Below are positions 50,014 to 59,798 of a stretch of DNA of 64,000 nucleotides, piece by piece. Below the pieces are notes generated by a model. It did not search any database. It had not been told where the DNA came from and saw only the letters and a list, made by a program, of their open reading frames with translations. A program made the translations under genes and the position numbers. Origin of the DNA: Paenibacillus chungangensis (lineage in GTDB: Bacteria > Bacillota > Bacilli > Paenibacillales > Paenibacillaceae); contig NZ_JBHTJZ010000011.1 of NCBI RefSeq assembly GCF_042675905.1, positions 54,636 through 118,635 of the forward strand. The letters are read 5' to 3'. How positions within the stretch are numbered: the first letter of the stretch is position 1; each line of letters starts with the position of its first letter.

Positions 50014-50172
50014 ATGGTTATAGAGGTCAAGTTAGGACTACTCTTGCTTATAGTCGCCTTAATTTGTACTGGTTGCGGTTTAAGCAAGACAGATGTGCTG
50101 GAACAGTTGGTTTCAAAAGAAGAAGGTAAATTCACAATGCAGATACTTTCGGCTTCACGAGATTGGGATTAA
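50014..50172 (+). CDS. Small lipoprotein (53 aa), hypothetical
   Basis: AGGGGTGG SD then ATG at 50014. MVIEVKLGLLLLIVALICTGCG lipobox. Low-GC context. Confidence 0.35.
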   Translation: MVIEVKLGLLLLIVALICTGCGLSKTDVLEQLVSKEEGKFTMQILSASRDWD

Positions 50173-50477
50173 AAGGTAAACGGGGTGCATAATTCTGAAC
50201 CAGCACTTCTTAAGTACATTTAAGAAGTGACAATACATTCGGAGAACGATAAATTGGGATGGTTTAAAGTATTAGGTCTTGAAGAAAAGCGTCCGATTAT
50301 CCTTATCTTTGATGCCGAAAAGATTGTGTTCCATACAAATAATCCCGAGGAACTTAGAGAATTTGCCAAAACACTTGAAAAATAATGTCCTCCACTAACG
50401 AGAAATGATAGCTCAATAAACCGTCTTTCAACCAAGGCGGTTTTCATTTGGCTAAAAATCAACATTAACATTGCCTT

Positions 50478-50517
50478 AAAAAAAGAGGCGACGAGCATGC
50501 TGCTGGCCGTCGCCTCT
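50478..50517 (-). terminator. Rho-independent terminator of the PHP phosphoesterase gene
   Basis: 10-bp perfect stem agaggcgacg/cgtcgcctct with a 14-nt loop. The T-run lies on the minus strand (A7 at 50478..50484). Confidence 0.6.
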
Positions 50518-50539
50518 TGCATTGGCGCTGTATACTGGA

Positions 50540-51367
50540 CTATTCCGCTTCAGCTTCCCCCATCTGCTCCGCATACCATTCCCATCCGACGCCTACATGC
50601 TCCGGCTTGTGGGAATCGGAGCCGTATACGCAAGAGATGCCCAGCTTACGGCACTCAGCGAGGAACCACTCCGGCACATAAGGCTTCCCGCATGTCGGCA
50701 CGCGTAGGCCTGCCGTATTCACATCAATTCCGACGCCCGACTTCGCAAGCAAGGGCAGAATGCGCTCCAGGCGCTGCCGAACGAGCGCTTCGTCAATCGG
50801 CGGCAGCTCGCGGCGGAATTTCTCGATCAAGTTGATATGGCCGAGCCGCTTCCTCATCGGTAATCCGGCGGCGAAGGCAATCGCCTCCTCCACATGGTCG
50901 TAGTACGCGTTCACCACATTGTCCATACTGCCATAATACGCAAGCAGATTGGTGCGGAAGTCCCCCGGTGTGAAGTCTATACATCGCATGCCGCCCACGC
51001 CGGGCAGGTAGTGAACCGAATAGACGACATCCTCCAGCTCAAGCTGCCACCGCTCGACGATCGCTTCCGTGTAATCAAGACCACCCTGCAAGTAGTCCAG
51101 CTCCAGGCCGACCGTAACCTCCAGCTTCCCTTCGTAGCGCTGCTTCATCGCCTTCGCATAGTTCATATAAAGGGGAAGCTCATCCTCCGGCATCGCCAGC
51201 TCCTTCCATAATGGCAGGTCTACGATCCAGCCCTCCGGCAGAGGAGGATGCTCACTGATCGTATAACGCTGGAATCCCAGCTCTATGGCGCGATCCAGAT
51301 ACAATTCTTGCTCCGCGTCGCTGCCATGATAACAAAATTTCGTATGCGTATGCCCATCCCATTTCAT
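50540..51367 (-). CDS. PHP-family phosphoesterase (HisJ-like histidinol-phosphatase family)
   Basis: MKWDGHTHTKFCYHGSDA HxH metal motif. 275 aa. Confidence 0.65.
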   Translation of the reverse strand: MKWDGHTHTKFCYHGSDAEQELYLDRAIELGFQRYTISEHPPLPEGWIVDLPLWKELAMPEDELPLYMNYAKAMKQRYEGKLEVTVGLELDYLQGGLDYTEAIVERWQLELEDVVYSVHYLPGVGGMRCIDFTPGDFRTNLLAYYGSMDNVVNAYYDHVEEAIAFAAGLPMRKRLGHINLIEKFRRELPPIDEALVRQRLERILPLLAKSGVGIDVNTAGLRVPTCGKPYVPEWFLAECRKLGISCVYGSDSHKPEHVGVGWEWYAEQMGEAEAE

Positions 51368-51545
51368 GCTCTGTCGCTTCCCTTCGATATATTACTATCG
51401 CTATAGCATAATTCCTACATCAAATGTACCATTAATCCGCTACTATTTCACCGATATGAAGGAAAATGCGGCTTATTGTCGAATAGATAAGAGCTGCAAA
51501 TTAAAAAGAAACTTGAATGAACCTCATTAATCAAGGAGGAAAAGT

Positions 51546-52562
51546 ATGAACTGGATGTCGAAACACTTCACATTCGTCATCATACCGGAAGGCAATCAAT
51601 CAGTCAGACGCTACCGGTTGAACCGCTTGGCACTGATCCTAACCATATCCTGCATCCTTCTACTTGCGATATGCTCCGCTCTATTCATCTACTTATTCTG
51701 GGATCGATCCGATCGCGTTCAGAAGCTGTCCCTACAGCTGACATCGACCGAAGCAGATTACGAGCAGCAGCTTCAGTCCAAGAGAGTCCACATTGCAGCC
51801 TTGCAAGGTGATGTCTTGCAATTGACGCAGCAAGCGCAAAGCATCGAGAGGCAAATGTTCGAAATCGAGCAGCTGGAATCTCAGCTTAAAGAAATCGCCG
51901 GCATTAAGGAACCTGCTGTGCGCATTTCTTCAAGCGCTTACAATTCCGAGGAAAGCGGGCAAGGCGGTGAAGAGGTGCCTGTTCCTGTGCCAATGTCCAC
52001 TGGTGGCGCCCTGACCGCCAGGACTATGGACAGCTACTCCCATATTCAGACCAATATCGAGGAGCTGGGCCCCAGTTTAAAATCCACCATCAACGCTCTG
52101 CTCAAGCACCAGCATACGATGAAGATTACGCCGACGATATGGCCCGCCGATTCACGCAAGATGACGTCGCAGTTCGGTTACCGCAGAGATCCCATCTCTG
52201 GCAGATCCTCACTGCATAACGGCCTGGACATCGGCGGCCGTCGAGGCGAACCCGTCTACGCCACTGCCGACGGAACGGTCACTTTGTCAGAGCGCACCTA
52301 TCCGCATGGCAACAACATTATGATCGATCACGGCAGAGATATCGAGACCCGTTATCTTCATCTGAACGCAAGATATGTCGAGATTGGCGACAAGGTCGTG
52401 AAGGGACAGCAGATCGGAGAGCTTGGCAATACGGGGCGAAGCACCGGACCCCATCTGCATTACGAAGTCATCGTGAATGGCAGCCATGTGAATCCACTGC
52501 CTTATATTCAGGACGCCAGGAAAGATGCGAGCGAAGGAGAAGATATACATGTTCAAGAATAA
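51546..52562 (+). CDS. M23-family metalloendopeptidase with an N-terminal TM helix and coiled coil
   Basis: HNGLDIGG...GEPVYATADGTV and GPHLHYEV (HxH) motifs. Confidence 0.8.
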   Translation: MNWMSKHFTFVIIPEGNQSVRRYRLNRLALILTISCILLLAICSALFIYLFWDRSDRVQKLSLQLTSTEADYEQQLQSKRVHIAALQGDVLQLTQQAQSIERQMFEIEQLESQLKEIAGIKEPAVRISSSAYNSEESGQGGEEVPVPVPMSTGGALTARTMDSYSHIQTNIEELGPSLKSTINALLKHQHTMKITPTIWPADSRKMTSQFGYRRDPISGRSSLHNGLDIGGRRGEPVYATADGTVTLSERTYPHGNNIMIDHGRDIETRYLHLNARYVEIGDKVVKGQQIGELGNTGRSTGPHLHYEVIVNGSHVNPLPYIQDARKDASEGEDIHVQE

Positions 52563-52947
52563 AAGCGGCAAAGTCAATCCGGATACGACCGACACCTTAA
52601 TCGGTGTGGGAACCGTGCTGGAGGGCACACTGAAGTCCCAGGCGGGAATCCGCATCGAGGGCACCGTCGTCGGCGACATCGTATCCAGCGGCGATGTCAT
52701 CATCGGAGAGAGTGGCCGCGCCCAGTCCAACATCGCCGCACGAAATCTGATGCTGGGGGGACAGCTGGACGGCAATGCAGAAGTGACGGGCAAGCTGACG
52801 ATATGTGCTACCGGGGTGCTGAACGGCAATATCTCCGTCGGTTCGCTTATTATTGAAGCAGGCGGCGCTTTCAACGGAAGCAGCAAGATGGCTGCCGCAA
52901 CGAAGCAGGAGACGTCGGCGGTTAAACAAGAGAAACCCGCTAGTTGA
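52549..52947 (+). CDS. Bactofilin (DUF583) cytoskeletal protein
   Basis: Start ATG at 52549 overlaps the M23 gene by 14 nt. Repetitive beta-helical pattern VLEGTLKSQAGIRIEGTVVGDIVSSGDVIIG. Confidence 0.75.
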   Translation: MFKNKSGKVNPDTTDTLIGVGTVLEGTLKSQAGIRIEGTVVGDIVSSGDVIIGESGRAQSNIAARNLMLGGQLDGNAEVTGKLTICATGVLNGNISVGSLIIEAGGAFNGSSKMAAATKQETSAVKQEKPAS

Positions 52948-53026
52948 TCAACTTTTAACATCGCGCTTACATTGCACATACAATCTTTGTCTATACTAGG
53001 TCTATATCCCTTAGGAGGTATAGACA

Positions 53027-53473
53027 ATGAATGGATGGCAGCGCAATATTGCGTTAATCATAATGGCAGCTCTCACCTTGACGGGCTCTCTCATAAGCCG
53101 ACCGATAGCGGATGCCGCATCCACTGACCTGACACTGGAGAGGCAATCGGCAGAAGCAGTCTCGAATCGTCAGACGGTCCAGCCACTGGAGCGTATCGTT
53201 CTGAAAGATACGAGCATGCACGACAATCAGGCCTATATCGCGCTTGATGCGCTTATGAAGCAGACGGACGGCTTCATCTCTTACAACAATGAGAACGACA
53301 CTGTCGATATCGTCATGAACGATATGCCGTTCTCCCTGCTGCTACGGGAGCAGGCGATCATGAGCAACGGTTATGAAATTCCCGGCGACTTCTATATCGC
53401 CGACAATGGCGACGTCTACTTGTCCGTGGAGCAAGCGGCGAAGCTAAGCAAGCTGAATTTGGCAGTTCGCTAA
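53027..53473 (+). CDS. Secreted hypothetical protein
   Basis: Signal peptide MNGWQRNIALIIMAALTLTGSLISRPIADAAS. 148 aa. Confidence 0.5.
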   Translation: MNGWQRNIALIIMAALTLTGSLISRPIADAASTDLTLERQSAEAVSNRQTVQPLERIVLKDTSMHDNQAYIALDALMKQTDGFISYNNENDTVDIVMNDMPFSLLLREQAIMSNGYEIPGDFYIADNGDVYLSVEQAAKLSKLNLAVR

Positions 53474-53628
53474 CGGGTGCCATGGATGCTATTGGAGCGA
53501 ATTTAGCCCCATTTTCTCCGGCCAATTAAGCTCGCTCACAACCGTTAGCGACTTGGCGGGAAGTCGGAACTGAAGCCGGATTTCAGCAACCGTTAGCGCG
53601 TTGAAGGGATGCCCGACGCATAGATAAC

Positions 53629-53691
53629 AAAAAAAACCATGACTGGCAAGTGAAGCAAAAATGCTCTCCTCGGTCATGGTTATTCGTATTA
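53629..53691 (-). terminator. Rho-independent terminator for the minus-strand small gene
   Basis: Stem aaccatgac/gtcatggtt with a structured loop. The plus-strand A8 at 53629..53636 is the minus-strand T-run. Confidence 0.5.
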
Positions 53692-53725
53692 CAGCAATGC
53701 TTCTATGTAGAGACGGCTTTCTTCG

Positions 53726-53905
53726 TTACAAGTCTTCCGCATTTTTCAACGCATGATCCCAGCTGGGAAAGTAGAACAGTGCGTTTCTCATTAGCTCAGG
53801 ATCGTGCTGCTTGACATATTTCTTGCTCAGCGAGCCTCCTGCCGTACGCATGTGCTTAATGCGCCGCAATACCTCATCCGGACCAAGAGTGTTTTCCATC
53901 GCCAT
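53726..53905 (-). CDS. Small hypothetical protein (59 aa), not in the ORF track
   Basis: SD AAAGGAG 3-4 nt upstream of ATG 53905. MAMENTLGPDEVLRRIKHMRTAGGSLSKKYVKQHDPELMRNALFYFPSWDHALKNAEDL. Followed by its own terminator. Confidence 0.45.
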   Translation of the reverse strand: MAMENTLGPDEVLRRIKHMRTAGGSLSKKYVKQHDPELMRNALFYFPSWDHALKNAEDL

Positions 53906-54082
53906 GACTCCTTTCCTTAGATGGTTTCCTCAACAGTCTGTCTTAATTCGGCGACAATATACCTTCATGTCAGATCATATACTGGCATTCCGCTATTATC
54001 ATCGCCCCGCAGAGAACTGCGTGCGCGAGTTGCCCGCCCCTTCAAGAGGACGAGCTGATTTCTTTTTTCTCTTATGGCATGG

Positions 54083-55312
54083 CTAGCCGATCAGCATGCC
54101 CCCCGCGGCTCCTGCCAGCACAACGAACCAAGGTGGCAGCTTCCAGTAGACCAACAGCAGGAATAGCGCAAGCGCCATCACGAAGTCCGCGGGTGTCGTC
54201 ACCGAGCTCGTCCAGATCGGGTCATAGAATGCCGCCAGCAAAATACCGACGACTGCAGCATTCACGCCCTTCAGCACGCCTTGCACCTTAGGCAAGCCTC
54301 GCAGCGCGTTCCAGAATGGCAACGTGCCGACGACGAGCAGGAACGCCGGAAGGAATATCGCAACTGTGGCAATAAGCACTCCCCACCATCCGCCGGCAAC
54401 AGCACCGATATAAGCCGCGAATGTAAATAATGGGCCGGGAACGGCCTGTGCGGCGCCATATCCGGCCAGGAACTGCTCCTCCGTCACCCATCCGGCAGGA
54501 ATCGCTTCCCGCTCCAGCAGCGGCAAGACGACATGACCGCCTCCGAATACAAGCGAGCCCGAGCGATAGAAGCTCTCGAACATCGCCAGCCAGCCGCCGT
54601 CCGGCGCCCATATTCTGGCCAAAGGAAGAACGATTAAAAGCAGAGCGAATGTCAGCAGCGCAATAACGGCAGTAGTTCGCGTTACCGGGACGGCAGTCCC
54701 ATGGGCAGCAGCAGACCCAGCTGCCTCAACAGCAGCAGCCTCTTCCACTCCCTTCTGTCCTCGGTAGAGCCATAATCCGATCAGTCCTGCCACAACAATG
54801 ATGACGATCTGGGTAACCGAAGTCGGCAACAGCAAGGCTGCGGATACCGCCATAACCGCTATCGTCATCCGGCTTCGATCGGGCGTCAGCTTCTGCCCCA
54901 TTCCCCATATCGCTTGCGCTACGATTGCGACTGCAACCAGCTTCAAGCCATGCAGCCAGCCTGCGTGCTGAAGATCCATTCCTTCCATGAGCAAGGCGAA
55001 CAGCGCCAATGCAACCACGGACGGGAGTGTGAAGCCGAGAAAGGCAAGAAGTCCGCCTAGCATGCCTCCGCGCATAAGTCCGATGCCAATGCCGACTTGG
55101 CTGCTAGCCGGGCCGGGCAAGAATTGACAGAGCGCCACCAGATCGGCATAACTCCGCTCGTCCAGCCACTTGCGGCGCTTCACATACTCCTCATGAAAAT
55201 AGCCCAGATGGGCAACAGGGCCTCCGAAGGAGGTCAACCCCAACCTTAACGAAACTCCGGCGATCTCCAACAACCGCCTGCCAACTGTATTACCCACGTC
55301 TCCATCCCCCAC
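54083..55312 (-). CDS. chrA: Chromate transporter (CHR family, fused two-domain)
   Basis: LGLTSFGGPVAHLGYFHEE and a duplicated CHR domain. 409 aa. Confidence 0.8.
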   Translation of the reverse strand: MGDGDVGNTVGRRLLEIAGVSLRLGLTSFGGPVAHLGYFHEEYVKRRKWLDERSYADLVALCQFLPGPASSQVGIGIGLMRGGMLGGLLAFLGFTLPSVVALALFALLMEGMDLQHAGWLHGLKLVAVAIVAQAIWGMGQKLTPDRSRMTIAVMAVSAALLLPTSVTQIVIIVVAGLIGLWLYRGQKGVEEAAAVEAAGSAAAHGTAVPVTRTTAVIALLTFALLLIVLPLARIWAPDGGWLAMFESFYRSGSLVFGGGHVVLPLLEREAIPAGWVTEEQFLAGYGAAQAVPGPLFTFAAYIGAVAGGWWGVLIATVAIFLPAFLLVVGTLPFWNALRGLPKVQGVLKGVNAAVVGILLAAFYDPIWTSSVTTPADFVMALALFLLLVYWKLPPWFVVLAGAAGGMLIG

Positions 55313-55597
55313 TTATCCCCGATACTTAAAGAGAATGGCCGCATCATGCGGTCACCCTCCTTGTCTCTTCGCATCTTATAAAAATATTGTAGCTTAAATC
55401 GTCTGATCATGAAAAGTATTGCTTATGTAAACGATCAAGCGTCTAATTATTCCCGTATACGATATTACCTGCTTAGGGTGAGCTGGAACAGAATGAGTGT
55501 GATACAATGAGCATAAAGTAGATTTGAAGACACAGCCTATTCGGCAGATGCCCGGCGTTCCAGCTCACTTTACTCTAATTGGAAGGGGAGATCGAGA

Positions 55598-56254
55598 TTG
55601 ACGAATAGCTTACATACAGACCGCACTCTTGAGAGAGATCGTTCATTCACCATTGAAGTTACGGGAGAAGGGATGGCCTCAGCAGCTCCGGATAGAGCTG
55701 TCATTGAACTAGGAACCGTCACAGAAGGCGAATCTCTCAAAGAGCTGCAGGAGAAAAATGATGCCGCCATCGCGACGATTCAGCAAGGATTGCAAGCACA
55801 GCAAATACCCCAAGATCAAATTCAGACGGTTACTTACTCCGTTCAGCCTCAATACGACTACTCGAATGGGCAACAAATATTCAAAGGCTATAAAGTGACG
55901 CACTTATTGCGCATTACGATCGATGATCTGGAGCAGATAGGACGTATCATTGATGAGGCCGTTACCAATGGAGCAAACTCTGTGTCCGGCATTACGTTCG
56001 TCAACCGCGATATCGAGCAAGTACAGCAAAACGCCCTTGCAGCTGCTATGAAAAATGCAGAAGCGAAAGCCATAACGATTGCGGAGTCGCAAGGTTTGTC
56101 ATTATCCTCTATCCCCTGCCAAATTCAAGAGCTAACGGACGCTGCTCCTCCCGCAGTCTTCAAAGCAAGCATGGCTATGGAAGGAGGCCCCTCCATTCAA
56201 CCTGGCCAACTGACCTACAATGCCGCTGTTCGTGTATGGTATGTATACGCATAA
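55598..56254 (+). CDS. SIMPL-domain (DUF541) protein
   Basis: TTG start after GGAAGGGGAG. IEVTGEGMASAAPDRAVIELGTVTEG is a SIMPL N-terminal signature. Confidence 0.7.
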   Translation: MTNSLHTDRTLERDRSFTIEVTGEGMASAAPDRAVIELGTVTEGESLKELQEKNDAAIATIQQGLQAQQIPQDQIQTVTYSVQPQYDYSNGQQIFKGYKVTHLLRITIDDLEQIGRIIDEAVTNGANSVSGITFVNRDIEQVQQNALAAAMKNAEAKAITIAESQGLSLSSIPCQIQELTDAAPPAVFKASMAMEGGPSIQPGQLTYNAAVRVWYVYA

Positions 56255-56356
56255 AACCCTGCCCGGTTGAAGAAACGAAACGTCTCTTTCACCCGGACAG
56301 GGTCTTACTGCAGCGAAGCTGCGGAGCTGCCAATGCAAACCTGAATTAGCTGGAAT

Positions 56357-56962
56357 TTACTTGAAGTACTTCACGCGATCTTCCAGCGGCTTGAACTCCT
56401 TCGCGCCAGCTGGCGCAACTGGCTTGCCGAACGGCATCTGTGCGAGCAGCTTCCAGCTGGCGGGTATGCTCCACTCCGCTTTCACCGCATCATCAATGAG
56501 CGGATTATAGTGCTGCAGCGTAGCGCCGTAGCCCTCCAGCTCCAGAGATGTCCACACCACGAATTGGTGCATGCCGCTAGATTGCTGCGACCATACCGGG
56601 AAGTTGTCTGCGTACAGTGCGAATTGCTCCTGCAATCCCTTGATAACGTCCTCGTCCTCGAAGAACAGCACTGTGCCATATCCCGCTCCGAACATATCCA
56701 TCTTCTGCTGTGTCGATTCGAAATCCCCCGCCGGAACAATCGCCTTCAGCGCATCCGTCGTCATGCTCCACAGCTTTTTATGATGATCTCCCAACAGTAC
56801 CACGACGCGGGCGCTCTGAGAGTTGAATGCAGATGGCGTATGTTTTACAGCGTGATTGATAATTTCATGAAGCTTCTCGTCAGAGATGACCTGCTCATTG
56901 CTGATCGCATACAAGGAACGTCTTCCTTCTACTGCTGCATAAAAACCCCTTTGTTTTTCCAT
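56357..56962 (-). CDS. Nitroreductase-family protein
   Basis: 201 aa. RRSLYAISNE / HTPSAFNSQSARVVVL motifs. Confidence 0.7.
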   Translation of the reverse strand: MEKQRGFYAAVEGRRSLYAISNEQVISDEKLHEIINHAVKHTPSAFNSQSARVVVLLGDHHKKLWSMTTDALKAIVPAGDFESTQQKMDMFGAGYGTVLFFEDEDVIKGLQEQFALYADNFPVWSQQSSGMHQFVVWTSLELEGYGATLQHYNPLIDDAVKAEWSIPASWKLLAQMPFGKPVAPAGAKEFKPLEDRVKYFK

Positions 56963-56988
56963 TACAAAATCCCTCCACTAAGTTGTTA

Positions 56989-57852
56989 TTATTGTACAGA
57001 TAGTTTGATCGCGAATCCCCATGGACTACTGGCCACCCAGCCATTACTTGACTGCCTCACTCCGACATCTGAACGCTGCAACCGCTCGACGGTGTCCATC
57101 AGCGCCGCATGATCCGGGAAAGTAATCGTAAAAGATGACATGCCCGTTGCATGATCGGGAATAGAGGGAGCGTGCAGTCCGGCCCATATATTCAACCCGA
57201 TATGGTGATGATAACCTCCTGCAGCAAGGAACATGGCGCCCATACTTCTCATCATGTCCGCTTCTACGGAGAAACCGAGCGCATCACAGAAGTAGCGCTT
57301 CGCTTCAGTCATATCGCCAACATGGAAATGGACATGACCGATTGTCGTGCCGGAAGGAAGTCCTTCCCACTCATAACCGTCCGCTTCTTCCAGTAAGCTT
57401 TCCCATTCAATCGGATCCGTACCCATCTTCAGGCCGCCTTGGGCGTCATATTTCCATTCGGATCTTGGCCTATCGCGATAAATTTCAATGCCGTTGTGAT
57501 CCGGATCGGACAAATACAGCGCTTCGCTAACGGCATGATCGGCCTGACCAATGGCTACGTCTCGTTCCATCAGATGCCGAGCCATCAATCCGAGATGCTT
57601 CCTCTCTGGCAACAATATGGCGAAGTGATACAAGCCGCTGAACGATCTAGGAGGCGTCACTGTTGCGCCTGGAACGGCTCGCAGTACGACTAACGTTGTT
57701 TGACCGTCTGCCGTCAGACTGGCGCTGTCCTCCCTTTCTTCCATCACCTGAAGACCGATAATGTCCTTATAAAATTGGATAGAACGCTTCAGATTACTCA
57801 CCCGCAGTTCAACCTCGCCCAGAGCAATCCCGGGATGCAGCGTAGCCGACAC
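56989..57852 (-). CDS. Two-domain VOC-family (glyoxalase/extradiol dioxygenase-like) protein
   Basis: Duplicated VOC modules (LGEVELRVSNLKRSIQFYKDIIGL... and GTTIGHVHFHVGDMTEAKRYFCDALGF). Confidence 0.7.
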   Translation of the reverse strand: MSATLHPGIALGEVELRVSNLKRSIQFYKDIIGLQVMEEREDSASLTADGQTTLVVLRAVPGATVTPPRSFSGLYHFAILLPERKHLGLMARHLMERDVAIGQADHAVSEALYLSDPDHNGIEIYRDRPRSEWKYDAQGGLKMGTDPIEWESLLEEADGYEWEGLPSGTTIGHVHFHVGDMTEAKRYFCDALGFSVEADMMRSMGAMFLAAGGYHHHIGLNIWAGLHAPSIPDHATGMSSFTITFPDHAALMDTVERLQRSDVGVRQSSNGWVASSPWGFAIKLSVQ

Positions 57853-58081
57853 GAATCATCACCTCAATCCACTTTTTAATGTTACTTACTATTTGTTATT
57901 AAGTATATATTCAAAAACTACTATCGTCAAGTTTGTTAGCGAACTTTCTCGTTAACAAGTGTTCCCTAATTGCCCGAACATATTAAAAAGCGCCTCATCG
58001 CATCATGCGATCAGACACTTAACGTTATTATGCTTATTTCGTCTCCAATGACGCTTAAATAGTTGATACTAGCCCGTTCTT

Positions 58082-59572
58082 TCAGGCAACGACTACATTC
58101 TCCGCCATATTCCCTTCTTGCACCTCATACACATGATCGGCGTTACGAATCGTTGACAAACGATGCGCAATAATGATCGTCGTCTTCCCTGCCCGGAGCT
58201 CATCCAGATTTCGCTGAATGACGCGCTCCGTCTCCAGATCAAGGGCAGATGTCGCTTCATCCAGCAGCAAAATTTCCGGCTCCCGAAGAAGCGCTCTTAC
58301 GATAGCCAGCCGTTGTCTCTGTCCCCCTGACAAAGTGACGCCCCGCTCCCCCAGAACGGTATCGTATCCATCCGGCAACGCCGCCACCGTATCATGAATA
58401 AGCATTTTCTGACAATAAGCGATCATCTCCTCTTCAGAGATGTCCTCATTGCCCATCATCAAGTTCATCCGTATCGTATCCGGGAAGAAATAAGGCTCCT
58501 GAGACACCAGCGCGACCTTGCGCAGCCAATCCTCCCGCTTCCACGCAGACAGCGGCTTCCCATTAACCAGAATCGCTCCTTGCTCCGGCTCATAGAATCG
58601 AACCAACAATGTAGATAAAGTGGACTTGCCTCCTCCGCTCGTTCCGATCACGGCCAGCTTCCGGCCAATAGGCAGATCTACAATGAGGCGGGTCATTTGC
58701 TGCATCGACACGAAGTATAGCAGTAGAAAGCCGATGAATTCTCCTGCCGTCAGCATATTCTTCTGGAGAAGCCAGCTGCCAATGACGAACAGCCCCAATG
58801 CGCCTGCGTAATAACTGAACATCCGCCCGCTTCCGCGCAAGTAAGAGAGGAAAAACGCCTTTACCACCTGAGCATTCCATGCGTCCACCTTATTCAGATA
58901 ACGCTTCAGATCCCACTTCTCCGCCGTGAATAAACGCAGTTCCCGAATCGCGGATACACTTTCATGCGCTTTCTGATTCGCTTCAATTCTGGCCCCGGCC
59001 AGCGCTTTGCCTGCAACCGCCGCCCTTCGTTCAATCGCGGGACCATACAAATAATATAGCGCGAAGAACGGAACGGCGACGAGCGTAAGCTGCCAGCTGG
59101 ATGACACCATGGCGCCCAGAGCGATCATCGAGAATAGGAGGCTGAAAATCATGGAAGGGAACAATTCCCGGTACAGCTTCTGAATCGACGCCACTTCGGT
59201 ATTGAGAAAAGCCAGCGTCTCTCCTACAGGATGCTGCTCATAGTAAGCAAAACCAAGTGTTCGAAGATGACGAAAAATGGACAACTGCATATCGCGGGAA
59301 GCCTTCTCTTGCACATGACGCTGAAGCCAGTTCCTAGCCATGGAAAGACTGATCAAAATCACAATCAGCAAAACGAGCAGGATGACTAACCACAGGAATG
59401 AGCTTCTGTCCTTCGCCGGCACAATGTCATCAATGAAATATTGAATCAGCTTCGGAATAACCAGTTCCACGCAAGCTGCAGCACCCATTACTGCTACCAA
59501 TCCCGATACAAGCAGCTTATAGGGCTGCAAGAACGAAATAATCCAACGATACACCGAATAAATAGATGTCAT
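58082..59572 (-). CDS. ABC exporter, fused transmembrane domain plus ATPase
   Basis: Walker A GTSGGGKST, signature LSGGQRQRLAIVRA, Walker B ILLLDEATSALD. Confidence 0.8.
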   Translation of the reverse strand: MTSIYSVYRWIISFLQPYKLLVSGLVAVMGAAACVELVIPKLIQYFIDDIVPAKDRSSFLWLVILLVLLIVILISLSMARNWLQRHVQEKASRDMQLSIFRHLRTLGFAYYEQHPVGETLAFLNTEVASIQKLYRELFPSMIFSLLFSMIALGAMVSSSWQLTLVAVPFFALYYLYGPAIERRAAVAGKALAGARIEANQKAHESVSAIRELRLFTAEKWDLKRYLNKVDAWNAQVVKAFFLSYLRGSGRMFSYYAGALGLFVIGSWLLQKNMLTAGEFIGFLLLYFVSMQQMTRLIVDLPIGRKLAVIGTSGGGKSTLSTLLVRFYEPEQGAILVNGKPLSAWKREDWLRKVALVSQEPYFFPDTIRMNLMMGNEDISEEEMIAYCQKMLIHDTVAALPDGYDTVLGERGVTLSGGQRQRLAIVRALLREPEILLLDEATSALDLETERVIQRNLDELRAGKTTIIIAHRLSTIRNADHVYEVQEGNMAENVVVA

Positions 59573-59721
59573 AAGCCATCACCTTCCCCTCGTGTACATG
59601 CGTGTTTCAACATCATACCGAATGGATTGGAAAAATGTAACATACCTATTTTAAGATTGGCTAATCGTATTTAAGCAGAGGCATTCGTCATACCTGGGCA
59701 AACAGCACAAGGAACGGCAGG

Positions 59722-59767
59722 AAGCCGCCCTTCGATCATCGTTATGACGAAGATCAAAGGGCGGCTT
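59722..59767 (-). terminator. Strong hairpin downstream of the PKS operon (putative terminator, weak U-tract)
   Basis: 11-bp perfect stem aagccgccctt/aagggcggctt with a structured 24-nt loop. Confidence 0.4.
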
Positions 59768-59798
59768 AAAGGATATAACGGTGTATGCGGCGCATCAG

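Noticed and set aside
50497-50835. 112-aa plus-strand ORF overlapping the PHP gene terminator and the PHP gene body
   Set aside because: It starts inside the terminator hairpin and is antisense to a well-supported PHP-domain CDS. Its translation is low-complexity.
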